Part shown: positions 9,869 through 18,963 of the stretch, in pieces
How positions within the stretch are numbered: position 1 is the first letter of the stretch
How the letters are laid out: every line of letters starts with the position of its first letter
DNA from: an uncultured Chloroflexia bacterium
Lineage (GTDB): Bacteria; Chloroflexota; Limnocylindria; Limnocylindrales; CSP1-4
NCBI GenBank assembly: GCA_963713975.1
Contig: OY970218.1
Coordinates: 1,408,001 to 1,472,000, forward strand
Direction of reading: 5' to 3'
DNA length: 64,000 bases
Position numbers and translations under genes: made by a program
Notes under the pieces: model-generated
What the model saw: the letters and a program-made list of their open reading frames with translations, nothing else
Database searches by the model: none
What the model was told of the DNA's origin: nothing

Positions 9869-10639
9869 ATGGCCATCCGCATCGTCGACGTCACGGACGA
9901 CGCTACCTTCGCCCTCCTGCCGCCCTGTGCGGACAATGGGTTCGACCACGGGTCCTGCGACTACTGGGAGGACGCCGACCGGGGCTCGAAGGCGGTGCGT
10001 GCGTCATGGCTGCATGGAGCGCCAGCGGCACCTGCGCCTGCCCGAACCGCGACCAGCAACCCGTTCGCGCTCGACGATGACGACGAGCCCCTGGAGAACC
10101 CGTTCGCACCTTCCGGGGGCCGGTCGACCTTCAACCCGTTCGCGCTCGACGATGACGACGAGCCGGTTGAGAACCCCTTCGCGCCGCGGCCGCCTGCCAG
10201 GCCCGTCGTGGCGGCCGGCGCTCCGCCGAAGCTGCGGCTCCTGGCCCGGGGCCTCGTCGTGTTCGGGTCGTACGCGAAGGTGCTGCTCGTGGACGACGAT
10301 CCGGCCGCCTATGCCCAGTTCGGGCCGCTCTCCGCGTACCCGCGGGCGCTGCGCACGAGGGAGCTCTACCCGAGGTTGCCCGTCTCGCCGCTGCCCGCGG
10401 TGATCACCTGTATCTCGACGACCGGCGCCGCCCGAGGCCGGGGCATGGGGGCGATGCTGGTCGAGGCGGTCTGTGACGACCTCGCGGGACGGGGATTCGC
10501 AGCCGTCGAGGTGTACCCGGAGGTGGGAGCCCGCCTCGAGGCGACGAGCGCCGCCGGCCCCGGGTTCTGGGAGCGGCTCGGGTTCGTGGTCGCGGCGCCG
10601 GACGACCGCTTCCCGGTCCTGCGGCGGGAGCTGGCGTGA
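9869..10639 (+). CDS. GNAT-family acetyltransferase-like protein with an internal NPF/acidic repeat
   Basis: Acetyl-CoA motif A ARGRGMGAMLVEA, AYAQFGP, GPGFWERLGF and N-terminal CDYWE. Confidence 0.8.
   Translation: MAIRIVDVTDDATFALLPPCADNGFDHGSCDYWEDADRGSKAVRASWLHGAPAAPAPARTATSNPFALDDDDEPLENPFAPSGGRSTFNPFALDDDDEPVENPFAPRPPARPVVAAGAPPKLRLLARGLVVFGSYAKVLLVDDDPAAYAQFGPLSAYPRALRTRELYPRLPVSPLPAVITCISTTGAARGRGMGAMLVEAVCDDLAGRGFAAVEVYPEVGARLEATSAAGPGFWERLGFVVAAPDDRFPVLRRELA
10058..10185 (+). repeat. Two-copy intragenic tandem repeat (75-nt period) encoding NPFALDDDDEPxENPFAP
   Basis: AACCCGTTCGCGCTCGACGATGACGACGAGCC occurs at 10058 and 10133. Confidence 0.9.
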
Positions 10640-11286
10640 GGGTGCGCCCCGCGCTGGTGGCGGCCACGGTGGTCGTGATAACGCTCGCGGCATGTGGGGG
10701 GCAGGAACCCGGCCCAGCCACCCCGGCGGCGCCACCATCCGTTGTCGCGCCGACGTCCACGGCCACGCCCACGTCCTCGCCGTCAGCCGCGTCGCCGTCG
10801 GCTGCACCGCCGTCAGCGAACCCGCCGTCACCCGGGGGCCCCCACGTGATCCTCGACGAAACGCTCCTCGCCGCGCTTCCCCCGGACGTCGACGGCGTCC
10901 TCGTGACCGCGGAGGCCCAGGCCTTCGCCGAGGCTGCCAGCGACCTTTCCTTCCGCAGCAACGTGGCGCGCGCGGTGTTTCCGATCGTCGCCTCCGGCAA
11001 CGACCTGGCGTCGGGCGTGGTCGCCCAACTGATCGGAGGCCGCTACAGCGACCAGTTCTTCCGCGACTGGCGGGACTCGTACAACGAGGGCGCCTGCGGG
11101 CAGTCGGGCGGCGCGGCCAGCACCGCCGAGACCGAGATCGCCGGCAGGACCGTGTACATCGACACCTGTGCCGGTGGCCTGCGGACATACCACGCGTGGA
11201 TTGAGTCACGGGGCGTGATCGTGTCGCTGTTCTCGATCGGCGAGGGCCGGTTCGGCGAGCGCCTGATGGCAGGGATACGTCCCTAG
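10636..11286 (+). CDS. Putative lipoprotein with a Ser/Thr/Pro-rich linker
   Basis: Signal peptide with lipobox LAAC-GG; GTGA overlap with the upstream gene. Confidence 0.8.
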   Translation: MRVRPALVAATVVVITLAACGGQEPGPATPAAPPSVVAPTSTATPTSSPSAASPSAAPPSANPPSPGGPHVILDETLLAALPPDVDGVLVTAEAQAFAEAASDLSFRSNVARAVFPIVASGNDLASGVVAQLIGGRYSDQFFRDWRDSYNEGACGQSGGAASTAETEIAGRTVYIDTCAGGLRTYHAWIESRGVIVSLFSIGEGRFGERLMAGIRP

Positions 11287-11334
11287 CGGGACGGGCACGC
11301 CCCACGGGCGCACGGCGGCGTAGACTCCCGCCCC

Positions 11335-13014
11335 ATGAGCACCGAGACCACGGGCCCCGCCGGCCCGCGCCCCGTCCGCGCCCCCCGCGGCACCACGCTC
11401 TCGACCCGCGGCTGGCAGCAGGAGGCGGTCCTGCGGATGCTCATGAACAACCTCGACCCCGAGGTGGCGGAGGATCCGGACAACCTCGTCGTCTATGGGG
11501 GCACCGGCCGGGCCGCGCGGAGCTGGGAGGCATTCGATGCCATCGTCCGCGAGCTTCGCCGTCTCGCCGACGACGAGACGCTCCTCGTCCAGTCGGGCAA
11601 GCCGGTCGCGGTGTTCCGCACGAACGAGTGGGCGCCTCGGGTCCTGATCGCAAACTCCAACCTGGTCGGCAAGTGGGCCACGTGGGACGTCTTCCGCGAC
11701 CTCGAGCGGAAGGGCCTGATGATGTACGGCCAGATGACCGCGGGGTCCTGGATCTACATCGGCACCCAGGGGATCCTCCAGGGAACGTACGAGACCTTCG
11801 CGGAGCTCGCCCGCCAACACTTCGGCGGGACGCTGCGCGGACGCGTGGTCCTGACGGCGGGTCTCGGCGGAATGGGTGGCGCCCAGCCGCTGTCGGTGAC
11901 GATGAACGAGGGCGTGTGCATCGCGATCGAGGTGGACGAGACACGGGCGCGCCGCCGCCACGAGATCGGATACGTGGATCGCCTCACCCACTCCCCACAG
12001 GAGGCGCTCGCGATGGCCCGCCAGGCGGCCGCGGCCGGGGACGCCCTCTCGATCGCGCTGATCGGCAACGCGGCGGAGATCGAGCCGACCTGGGCCAGGG
12101 CCGGCGAGCCGTTCGACGTGGTGACGGACCAGACGTCGGCCCACGACTCGCTCAGCGGCTATGTCCCGGCCGAGCTGACGCTCCAGGACGCCCACGTCCT
12201 GCGGATCACCCAGCCGGACGTGTACATGCAGCGCTCGATGCGCTCGATGGCGGACCACGTCCGCGCGATGCTCACCTTCCAGCAGGCCGGCGCGGTCGTG
12301 TTTGACTACGGCAACAACCTTCGGGCGCAGGCCCAGGATGCCGGGGTCGCCGATGCCTTCGACTACCCGGGGTTCGTGCCTGCCTTCATCCGGCCGCAGT
12401 TCTGCGAGGGTCGAGGACCGTTCCGGTGGGTGGCCCTGTCGGGCGATCCCGAGGACATCCGGCGAACGGACCGGGCGATGCTGGAGCTGTTCCCCCACGA
12501 CCGGGCACTGCGGCGCTGGCTGGAGCTGGCCGAGGCCAAGGTCCCGTTCCAGGGCCTGCCGGCCCGCATCTGCTGGCTCGGCTATGGCGAGCGGGCGAAG
12601 GCCGGGCTGGAGTTCAATCGCCTCGTCGCCGCCGGCGAGCTCCAGGCGCCCATCGTCATCGGCCGTGACCATCTCGATGCCGGGTCCGTCGCCTCGCCCA
12701 ATCGTGAGACGGAGGCGATGGCCGACGGCAGCGATGCGGTGGCCGACTGGCCGCTCCTCAACGCCCTCGTGAACACGGCCGCCGGGGCCACCTGGGTGTC
12801 GATTCACCACGGGGGCGGGACCGGGATCGGGTACAGCCAGCACGCGGGGATGGTCGTGGTGGCCGACGGCACGGACCTGGCGGCACGGAAGCTGGAACGG
12901 GTCCTCACCTCGGATCCGGGGATGGGCGTCGTGCGTCACGTTGACGCGGGCTACGAGCACGCCACCGACGTGGCCCGGGAGCGCGGCGTCCGCATCCCGA
13001 TGCTGGACGAGTAG
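11335..13014 (+). CDS. hutU: Urocanate hydratase
   Basis: [37 protein letters not shown] and [18 protein letters not shown]. Confidence 0.98.
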   Translation: MSTETTGPAGPRPVRAPRGTTLSTRGWQQEAVLRMLMNNLDPEVAEDPDNLVVYGGTGRAARSWEAFDAIVRELRRLADDETLLVQSGKPVAVFRTNEWAPRVLIANSNLVGKWATWDVFRDLERKGLMMYGQMTAGSWIYIGTQGILQGTYETFAELARQHFGGTLRGRVVLTAGLGGMGGAQPLSVTMNEGVCIAIEVDETRARRRHEIGYVDRLTHSPQEALAMARQAAAAGDALSIALIGNAAEIEPTWARAGEPFDVVTDQTSAHDSLSGYVPAELTLQDAHVLRITQPDVYMQRSMRSMADHVRAMLTFQQAGAVVFDYGNNLRAQAQDAGVADAFDYPGFVPAFIRPQFCEGRGPFRWVALSGDPEDIRRTDRAMLELFPHDRALRRWLELAEAKVPFQGLPARICWLGYGERAKAGLEFNRLVAAGELQAPIVIGRDHLDAGSVASPNRETEAMADGSDAVADWPLLNALVNTAAGATWVSIHHGGGTGIGYSQHAGMVVVADGTDLAARKLERVLTSDPGMGVVRHVDAGYEHATDVARERGVRIPMLDE

Positions 13015-13052
13015 CCGGCCCGGGCATCCCCGAGGGCGTGAGCCGCAGGCCG

Positions 13053-13233
13053 GTTCAACTGTCGGGTGCGATGCCGTCTGCGCCGCCCGGTCGCACGCCT
13101 GTCAGCTGAACGGCGCCCCGGAGGCGACGAGCGTGCCGCCCAGCGACTGGTTCCTCGGCTGACCGATCGCAGAACCGCTGGGCGGCGCCGATGGTGGCGC
13201 GGGCGCAGACGGGGTCCGACGCCGCCGCGCCAC
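13053..13233. ncRNA. Candidate structured RNA (multi-hairpin, possible loop-loop pairing)
   Basis: Stems 13053-71/13091-111, 13135-45/13176-86 and 13194-202/13225-33, plus an 11-nt complement 13074-84/13202-12. Confidence 0.3.
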
Positions 13234-13362
13234 GGCGCATTGCCCGCGCCTCCGCGATCCAGAAAGATGGGGGATGACCTCGGGGTCATGGACGCGATCC
13301 CGGCGCTGCCAGCATGCTCGCCGGACGCGCGGGAGCCCAGTCCGCGCCCCGGGGACACGCCA

Positions 13363-13569
13363 ATGCCAACCATCGGCCGAACCATCGCCATCCGCGTCAA
13401 CGAGATGCGACTCCAGGCGGCCCTCGAGGCGGCGCGCCGCGCGAAGCTCGACTTCCTTCGGGAAGACTCCTTCGACGGTGACTGTGCCCGATGCGCCCGG
13501 AAGGTCAGCGAGGCAGAGGCGCGTGCCGCCCGTCTCGAGGCCGCGCTGAGCTCCGTCCGCAGCCACTGA
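13363..13569 (+). CDS. Small helical protein with a central CxxC
   Basis: 68 aa, amphipathic helices flanking CARC; GGGGA RBS-like site upstream. Confidence 0.65.
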   Translation: MPTIGRTIAIRVNEMRLQAALEAARRAKLDFLREDSFDGDCARCARKVSEAEARAARLEAALSSVRSH

Positions 13570-13570
13570 T

Positions 13571-13648
13571 CTCGGGCGCGGCCGCGCTCTCAGGCGCCGC
13601 CGGGACCTGGTGCCGCCGCGCCCTCGGGCGCGGCCGCGCTCTCAGGCG
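13571..13648. repeat. 26-bp direct repeat with a palindromic core
   Basis: CTCGGGCGCGGCCGCGCTCTCAGGCG at 13571-13596 and 13623-13648, between convergent genes. Confidence 0.8.
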
Positions 13649-14928
13649 GGCGCCGCCGCGCCGGGCGCGTCCTCGACCGGCTCCGGCATCGTGACGATGT
13701 GGCGCACGGATGACAGCGTCACCGGCAGGAATGCGATCAGTCCTCCGATCGCGCCCACCCAGATCGTCGCGTGGAGCCCGATCAGGCCGCCCAGCACGCC
13801 ACCGATCAGCGCCCCGATCGGCATCGTGCCCCACACGATGAAGCGCATCGTGGCGTTCATCTTGCCCTGCATCCGCGGCGGCGTGATCGCCTGGCGGAGG
13901 GACACCTGGTTCACGTTCCATGTCACTCCGGCGAACCCGCCCAGGAGGCCGGACAGGGCGAGGGCCGCGAAGATGAGCTCGTCGGGTGCCATCGCCACGG
14001 GCAGCCAGGAGACGCTGAACATGACGGAGCTCAGGACCAGCATCCGGCCGACCCCGAGCCACCTCGTGAGCCGCGTGGTGGTGAGGGCCCCGGCGAGGAA
14101 CCCGATCGACCCGATGGAGAAGGCGAGCCCGATCCCGGCCGCACCCATGCCACGCTCCTGGGTGAGGTAGAGGATCAGGACGCCGAAGATGACGTTGCCG
14201 AAGAAGTTGGAGGTCCCGGTGGTGGCGGCGATGGGGCGCAGCCAGCGGTTGCCGCCCACGTACCGCAGCCCAACGGCGATCTCCCGGCGCATCGAGGGCT
14301 TCGGGCCGTGCACGGCCTCGTCGTGCTCCTCCATCGGCGGCTCAGGGCGCCGGATCCAGAACAGGAACGCCGCCGAGAACAGGTAGCTGATCGAGTCGAT
14401 CAGCATCGCGATCGGTGCCCTCAGGACTTCGATCAGGATGCCCGCCAGGCCAGGGCCGAGGATCTGCGCCGCGGCCCGCGTGATCTCGAGCTTCGAGTTG
14501 CCCTCGACGAGCTGGTCGCGCTCGACGATAGAGGGCAGGTAGCTCTGGTAGGCCACGTCGAAGAAGACGGTGAAGGTGCCGTTGATGAAGCCGACCAGGT
14601 ACAGCTGCCAGATGGTCAGGGCGTCGAAGTAGAACGCGATCGGGATCGAGAGAATGGTGGCCGCCCGGCCGAGGTCGGCAACGATCAGGATCGGGCGGCG
14701 GCGGAGGCGGTCCACCCAGACGCCGGCCGGCAGGCTGAACAGGATGAAGGGCAGGAACTCGATCGTCGTCAGCAGGCCGAACTCGAACGGGGTGACCCCG
14801 AGGATGGTCGCCGCGATGATCGGTAGGGCAAGCTGGGTGATTGCGCTGCCGGACACCGAGATGGTCTCGGCCGTCCAGAGCTTGAGGAAGTCTGGGTGGC
14901 GCAGGAGGCTGCGACTGGGTCCGGTCAT
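13642..14928 (-). CDS. MFS transporter
   Basis: About 12 TM segments, motif A GVWVDRLRRRP and RQAITPPRMQGK. ATG lies 7 nt after TAGACT. Confidence 0.93.
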   Translation of the reverse strand: MTGPSRSLLRHPDFLKLWTAETISVSGSAITQLALPIIAATILGVTPFEFGLLTTIEFLPFILFSLPAGVWVDRLRRRPILIVADLGRAATILSIPIAFYFDALTIWQLYLVGFINGTFTVFFDVAYQSYLPSIVERDQLVEGNSKLEITRAAAQILGPGLAGILIEVLRAPIAMLIDSISYLFSAAFLFWIRRPEPPMEEHDEAVHGPKPSMRREIAVGLRYVGGNRWLRPIAATTGTSNFFGNVIFGVLILYLTQERGMGAAGIGLAFSIGSIGFLAGALTTTRLTRWLGVGRMLVLSSVMFSVSWLPVAMAPDELIFAALALSGLLGGFAGVTWNVNQVSLRQAITPPRMQGKMNATMRFIVWGTMPIGALIGGVLGGLIGLHATIWVGAIGGLIAFLPVTLSSVRHIVTMPEPVEDAPGAAAPA

Positions 14929-15070
14929 CTGCGGGAGTCTACGGCCCCGAACGTCCCACCCTGGAGTGGGTGCGCCGCGTGCGCTCCGCCGTGGGTGCGG
15001 CCGTCCTGCTGGCCGTCGGCCGACGCGGGCGGGCCCCTCCGGCGCCCGCCCGGGCCTGTAGCATCGGCTG

Positions 15071-16057
15071 GTGCTCGTCGAAAGCGTGCCCAACGTCTCC
15101 GAAGGCCGCCGTCTCGACGTCGTCGAGCGGCTCGCGAACGCCCTGACCTCCGTGCCGGGCGTGTTCCTCCTCGACCGCACCTCCGATCCCAGCCACAACC
15201 GGTCCGTGTTCACCGTCGCCGGGGAGCACGACGCCGTCTCGGCGGGGCTCGAGCGCCTGGTGGAGCAGGCCGTCGTCGACATCGACATGGAACAGCACAC
15301 GGGCGAGCACCCGCGGATCGGTGCCGTGGACGTGATCCCGTTCGTCCCGCTCGCGGACACGACGATGGACGCCTGCGTGGACCTGGCACGCACGTTCGCC
15401 GCCCGGATTGCCGGCGGCCAGCAGATCCCCGTCTACCTGTACGCGAAAGCCGCGATCCGGGCCGATCGCGTGAAGCTGGCGGACGTCCGTCGCGGCCAGT
15501 ACGAGGGTCTCAGGACGGAGATCGCGCAGCACGGACGCGAGCCGGACTTCGGACCGTCGCTGACGCACCCGCGGTTCGGGGCGCTGGCCGTCGGTGCCCG
15601 CCCGTTCCTGATTGCCTGGAACATCAACCTGGACTCGGACGACGTGGAGCTTGCCAAGCGGATCGCACGCCGGGTCAGGGAGTCTGGGGGCGGGCTGCCG
15701 AGGGTCCAGGCCAACGGCTTTCGGGTGGAGGAGCCCGAGCGCGGGCATCCCCTGCTCGCCCAGGTCTCGATGAACCTGCTGGATTCCCGGACCACACCGC
15801 TGTGGCAGGCCTGGGAGGCCGTCGCCGAGATGGCGGCCGAGGACGGGGTGGGGCTGCTGGAATCGGAGCTGATCGGCCTCGCGCCGCTCGCGGCGTTCCT
15901 GGACGTCGCCGATCACGCCGGCGCTCCAGCGGATGATCCGGTCGGCGCGCGCCTCGAGGCCGCGGCGCGAGCGCTCCGGCTGCGGGACTTCTCGCCGCGG
16001 ATGGCTCTTGAGCTCCGCCTGGCGGCGGCACGCGAGACCGGCAGGGATCCGGGATGA
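15071..16057 (+). CDS. ftcD: Glutamate formimidoyltransferase (FTCD N-terminal part only)
   Basis: LVESVPNVSEGRR, DPSHNRSVFT, HTGEHPRIGAVDVIPFVP and GARPFLIAWN. Confidence 0.93.
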   Translation: MLVESVPNVSEGRRLDVVERLANALTSVPGVFLLDRTSDPSHNRSVFTVAGEHDAVSAGLERLVEQAVVDIDMEQHTGEHPRIGAVDVIPFVPLADTTMDACVDLARTFAARIAGGQQIPVYLYAKAAIRADRVKLADVRRGQYEGLRTEIAQHGREPDFGPSLTHPRFGALAVGARPFLIAWNINLDSDDVELAKRIARRVRESGGGLPRVQANGFRVEEPERGHPLLAQVSMNLLDSRTTPLWQAWEAVAEMAAEDGVGLLESELIGLAPLAAFLDVADHAGAPADDPVGARLEAAARALRLRDFSPRMALELRLAAARETGRDPG

Positions 16058-17421
16058 GCCTCCGCCTGATCGAGGGGGGCCGCGCCTCTGCCGACGTGCC
16101 CGGCCTCCTGATCCACGGCGCGTCCCAGGTGGCGACGCTCGCCGGTGGGATCCGGAGGGGCGCCGGCCAGGGGGACATCGGGCTGCTGGACGCGTCCACC
16201 ACGGGTGGATCCGGCTCACCCGGCGCACCGGTGGTCGCGTGCTGGGAGGGGCGCATCGTGGGCGTCGGCCCCCGAGACCGCGTGGAACCCGGCCTTGAGG
16301 CATCCGGCTATCCGCTGTCACGGTTCGTGCGCCTCGACGCCGACGGCGGCGTGGTGACGCCCGGTCTCGTGGACCCGCACACCCACCTGCTGTTCGCGGG
16401 CAGCCGCGAAGGCGAGCTCGTTCTCCGCCAGCAGGGTGCCGGCTACCTCGACATCCTCGCGGCGGGTGGCGGAATCCTGTCGACGGTGGCGGCCACCAGG
16501 GCGGCGACGCCGGAGGACCTCGCGCGACACGGCCGCCGATGGCTGGACGAGATGTGCCGGCACGGCGTCACGACCGTCGAGGCGAAGTCCGGCTATGGGC
16601 TGGACCTCGCGACCGAGCTGCGGCTCCTGGACGTCGCCTTCCAGCTGGGCAAGGAGGGGCCCCTGGACGTCGTCCCCACCTTCCTGGGAGCACACGCCGT
16701 TCCTCCGGAGTACCGGTCCCGCCCCGACGGCACAGAGGCGTACGTGCGCCACGTGATCGAGGAGCAGCTGCCGGGCGTGGCCGCGCAGGGACGGGCGCGC
16801 TCCTGCGACGTGTTCTGCGAGCAGGGCGTGTTCACCGCCGACCAGAGTCGTCGGATCCTGGAGGCGGCGGCCGGGTACGGCCTGGCCCTCCGGCTCCACG
16901 CTGACGAGCTGGCGCCATCGGGCGGCGCGGAGCTCGCGGCAGAGTTGGGGGCCCTGTCCGCCGACCACCTGCACACGCCCAGCGACGGGGGCCTGGCGGC
17001 CCTGGCCGCGGCCGCCGAGGGCCCGCGACCGGTCGTCGCGACGCTCCTGCCCGCGACGACCTGGTTCCTCATGGCCGACGAGCCGGCGCCCGCCCGCCGG
17101 TTCATCGACGCCGGCGTCCCGGTGGCACTGGGCACGGACTTCAACCCCGGAACGTCCCCGACGCCATCGCTGCCGCTCGTGATGACCGTCGCCTGCCTCG
17201 CGATGAAGCTGTCGCCAGCCGAGGCCCTGGCCGCCGTGACAATCAACGCCGCCTGGGCTGTGGGCGCGGAGGACGAGGTGGGCTCCATCGAGCCGGGCAA
17301 GGCAGCAGACCTCGTCATCTGGGGCGCGTCCACCGTGGACCAACTGCCGTACTGGGTCGGCGCAGACCTGGCCGACGTCGTGATCAAGCGTGGCCGCGTC
17401 GTCCATCGGCGGGGCGCCTGA
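16054..17421 (+). CDS. hutI: Imidazolonepropionase
   Basis: PGLVDPHTH, GGGILSTVAATR, EAKSGYGL, DVFCEQG and GTDFNPGTSP. Confidence 0.96.
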   Translation: MSLRLIEGGRASADVPGLLIHGASQVATLAGGIRRGAGQGDIGLLDASTTGGSGSPGAPVVACWEGRIVGVGPRDRVEPGLEASGYPLSRFVRLDADGGVVTPGLVDPHTHLLFAGSREGELVLRQQGAGYLDILAAGGGILSTVAATRAATPEDLARHGRRWLDEMCRHGVTTVEAKSGYGLDLATELRLLDVAFQLGKEGPLDVVPTFLGAHAVPPEYRSRPDGTEAYVRHVIEEQLPGVAAQGRARSCDVFCEQGVFTADQSRRILEAAAGYGLALRLHADELAPSGGAELAAELGALSADHLHTPSDGGLAALAAAAEGPRPVVATLLPATTWFLMADEPAPARRFIDAGVPVALGTDFNPGTSPTPSLPLVMTVACLAMKLSPAEALAAVTINAAWAVGAEDEVGSIEPGKAADLVIWGASTVDQLPYWVGADLADVVIKRGRVVHRRGA

Positions 17422-17443
17422 CCACCCACTTCGGCGTCCCAGC

Positions 17444-18163
17444 TCAGGCGCCGGCGACCGCCTCGGCGACCCCGAACCCGACGACCGCCACTACGATGAG
17501 CGCCTGGCCGACGTGGTAGGTCACCATCACCGCCGTCCCCAGCCCGCGTCCTCTGCCTCGCTCCAGTCCCGGCACCGGCTGGCGCAGGCGTCCCCAGCCC
17601 AGGAGCGCGTCGGATGCCACGAACAGCCACGCCCCGGCGATCGCGGTCGTGGTGCCGGTCCGCGTCGCAGCGACGGCCATCGCGCAGATCGCGATCACAT
17701 AGACGCCGACCGGCCGGCCCAGCCGCACCCGTCCCGCCGCCCGTACCAGCGTCCGGCCCACCGTCGCCACGATGACCAGCGCCGCCGCCATGCCGGCGAC
17801 CAGCCACGCCGGCTCGCCAGGCAGCTGCAGGAATGCGACGAGGTAGGCGACGTGGGCGAGCAGGAACGCGAGGAGCCCCGCGACAAATCGGCCCGGCGGC
17901 AGGAGCAGGACATCGCCCACGAGCGAGGAGACCAGGCCGGCGATCAGCCACGGCTGGGCCGTCCTCGCCTCCGGGGTCGCCGGTGTCGCGAGCGCGGCCG
18001 CCACGATGAGCGCCACCATCACGCCGGGCTTCGCAAGCCGCTCGACGCGCCGGCCCGCATGGCCGCCTGCCCGGACCGCCAGCCAGTCGGTCACCGCGAG
18101 GCTCGCGGCCACGAGGAACGGCACGGCGAACCGCCAGAGCGAGTCCCAGGCCGCCGCAGTCAC
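17444..18163 (-). CDS. Lysoplasmalogenase/YhhN family membrane protein
   Basis: LAKP, SLVGDVLL, GLLAFLLAHVAY, GAWLFVASD and TYHVGQ. Confidence 0.88.
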   Translation of the reverse strand: MTAAAWDSLWRFAVPFLVAASLAVTDWLAVRAGGHAGRRVERLAKPGVMVALIVAAALATPATPEARTAQPWLIAGLVSSLVGDVLLLPPGRFVAGLLAFLLAHVAYLVAFLQLPGEPAWLVAGMAAALVIVATVGRTLVRAAGRVRLGRPVGVYVIAICAMAVAATRTGTTTAIAGAWLFVASDALLGWGRLRQPVPGLERGRGRGLGTAVMVTYHVGQALIVVAVVGFGVAEAVAGA

Positions 18164-18165
18164 CG

Positions 18166-18837
18166 TCAGGCCTTGCCGCGAGACTCCAGCAGCACGGTCG
18201 TCGTCTCGGGCGGGAGGCCGGATGTCGTGACGGAGAGCTTCGCCTGGATCGCGGGCTCAGCCCCCATCTCGTGGAGGAACCGCTTCAAGGCCTCGTCGCA
18301 GTCGGCCTCGTCCTCGCATACCGGCATCGGGACCACGATCTTGGGATCCAGCTGTGCGATCAGCTCCGCGGCCTTCGTGGACGAGAGCGAGCCACCGATC
18401 GGGACGCAGGCGATGTCCACGCGCCCGATGTCGGCCAGCTTCTCCTCGGTCAGCTCGTGCCCGATGTCGCCCAGGTGGATGGTGTGGAGGCCGTCCAGGT
18501 GGGTCACGAAGGCGACCTGGCGGCCACGTATTGTGCCCCGCGCGTCGTCACGGTACGTCCGCACACCTGTGAGCAGGACGTCGTGGACCTCGTACTCGCC
18601 CGGGCCGTCGAGCACGAAGGCGGCCTCCAGGCTGGCAGGAATGGCGGTGAGGCCGTCCCGTGACACCTTGGTCGCCTTCTTCGCCAGGGGGGCGTCGTCG
18701 GGGTGGCTGAAGGTGACGACATCGCCGGTGATGCCACGTCCCGTGGGCCCGACGATCGCCGGATAGGGGTCGTTCACCACGACGGCGTCCTTGCCGCGCA
18801 GCCGGATGCAGGTTCGTCCGTACCAGGTCAGCTCCAT
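18166..18837 (-). CDS. MBL-fold metallo-hydrolase-like protein (Lactamase_B_3)
   Basis: LTWYGRTC, DPY, GPGEYEV, HLGDIG and VPIGG. The HxHxDH motif is degenerate (SHPDD). Confidence 0.85.
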   Translation of the reverse strand: MELTWYGRTCIRLRGKDAVVVNDPYPAIVGPTGRGITGDVVTFSHPDDAPLAKKATKVSRDGLTAIPASLEAAFVLDGPGEYEVHDVLLTGVRTYRDDARGTIRGRQVAFVTHLDGLHTIHLGDIGHELTEEKLADIGRVDIACVPIGGSLSSTKAAELIAQLDPKIVVPMPVCEDEADCDEALKRFLHEMGAEPAIQAKLSVTTSGLPPETTTVLLESRGKA

Positions 18838-18883
18838 GCCCCAAGTCTCGCACAGGCGCCTGCCCTGGGGCTCCCATCCCGGG

Positions 18884-18929
18884 AAAAGGAAAGGACCGGA
18901 GACGCCTGCCCAATTGGCGCCCCCGGCCC
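18884..18929 (-). terminator. Intrinsic terminator
   Basis: 14-bp stem GGGCCGGGGGCGCC/GGCGTCTCCGGTCC with 3 G-U pairs valid only on the - strand, followed by TTTCCTTTT. Confidence 0.75.
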
Positions 18930-18963
18930 GAGGGAGGGAGGATGGAACCTGAGGGGTGTTCCA
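18884..18963 (-). ncRNA. Candidate small RNA with C-rich anti-SD-like segments
   Basis: TAGTGT -10 (18970-75), a 6-bp hairpin, single-stranded UCCUCCCUCCCUC, then a terminator. Confidence 0.55.
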
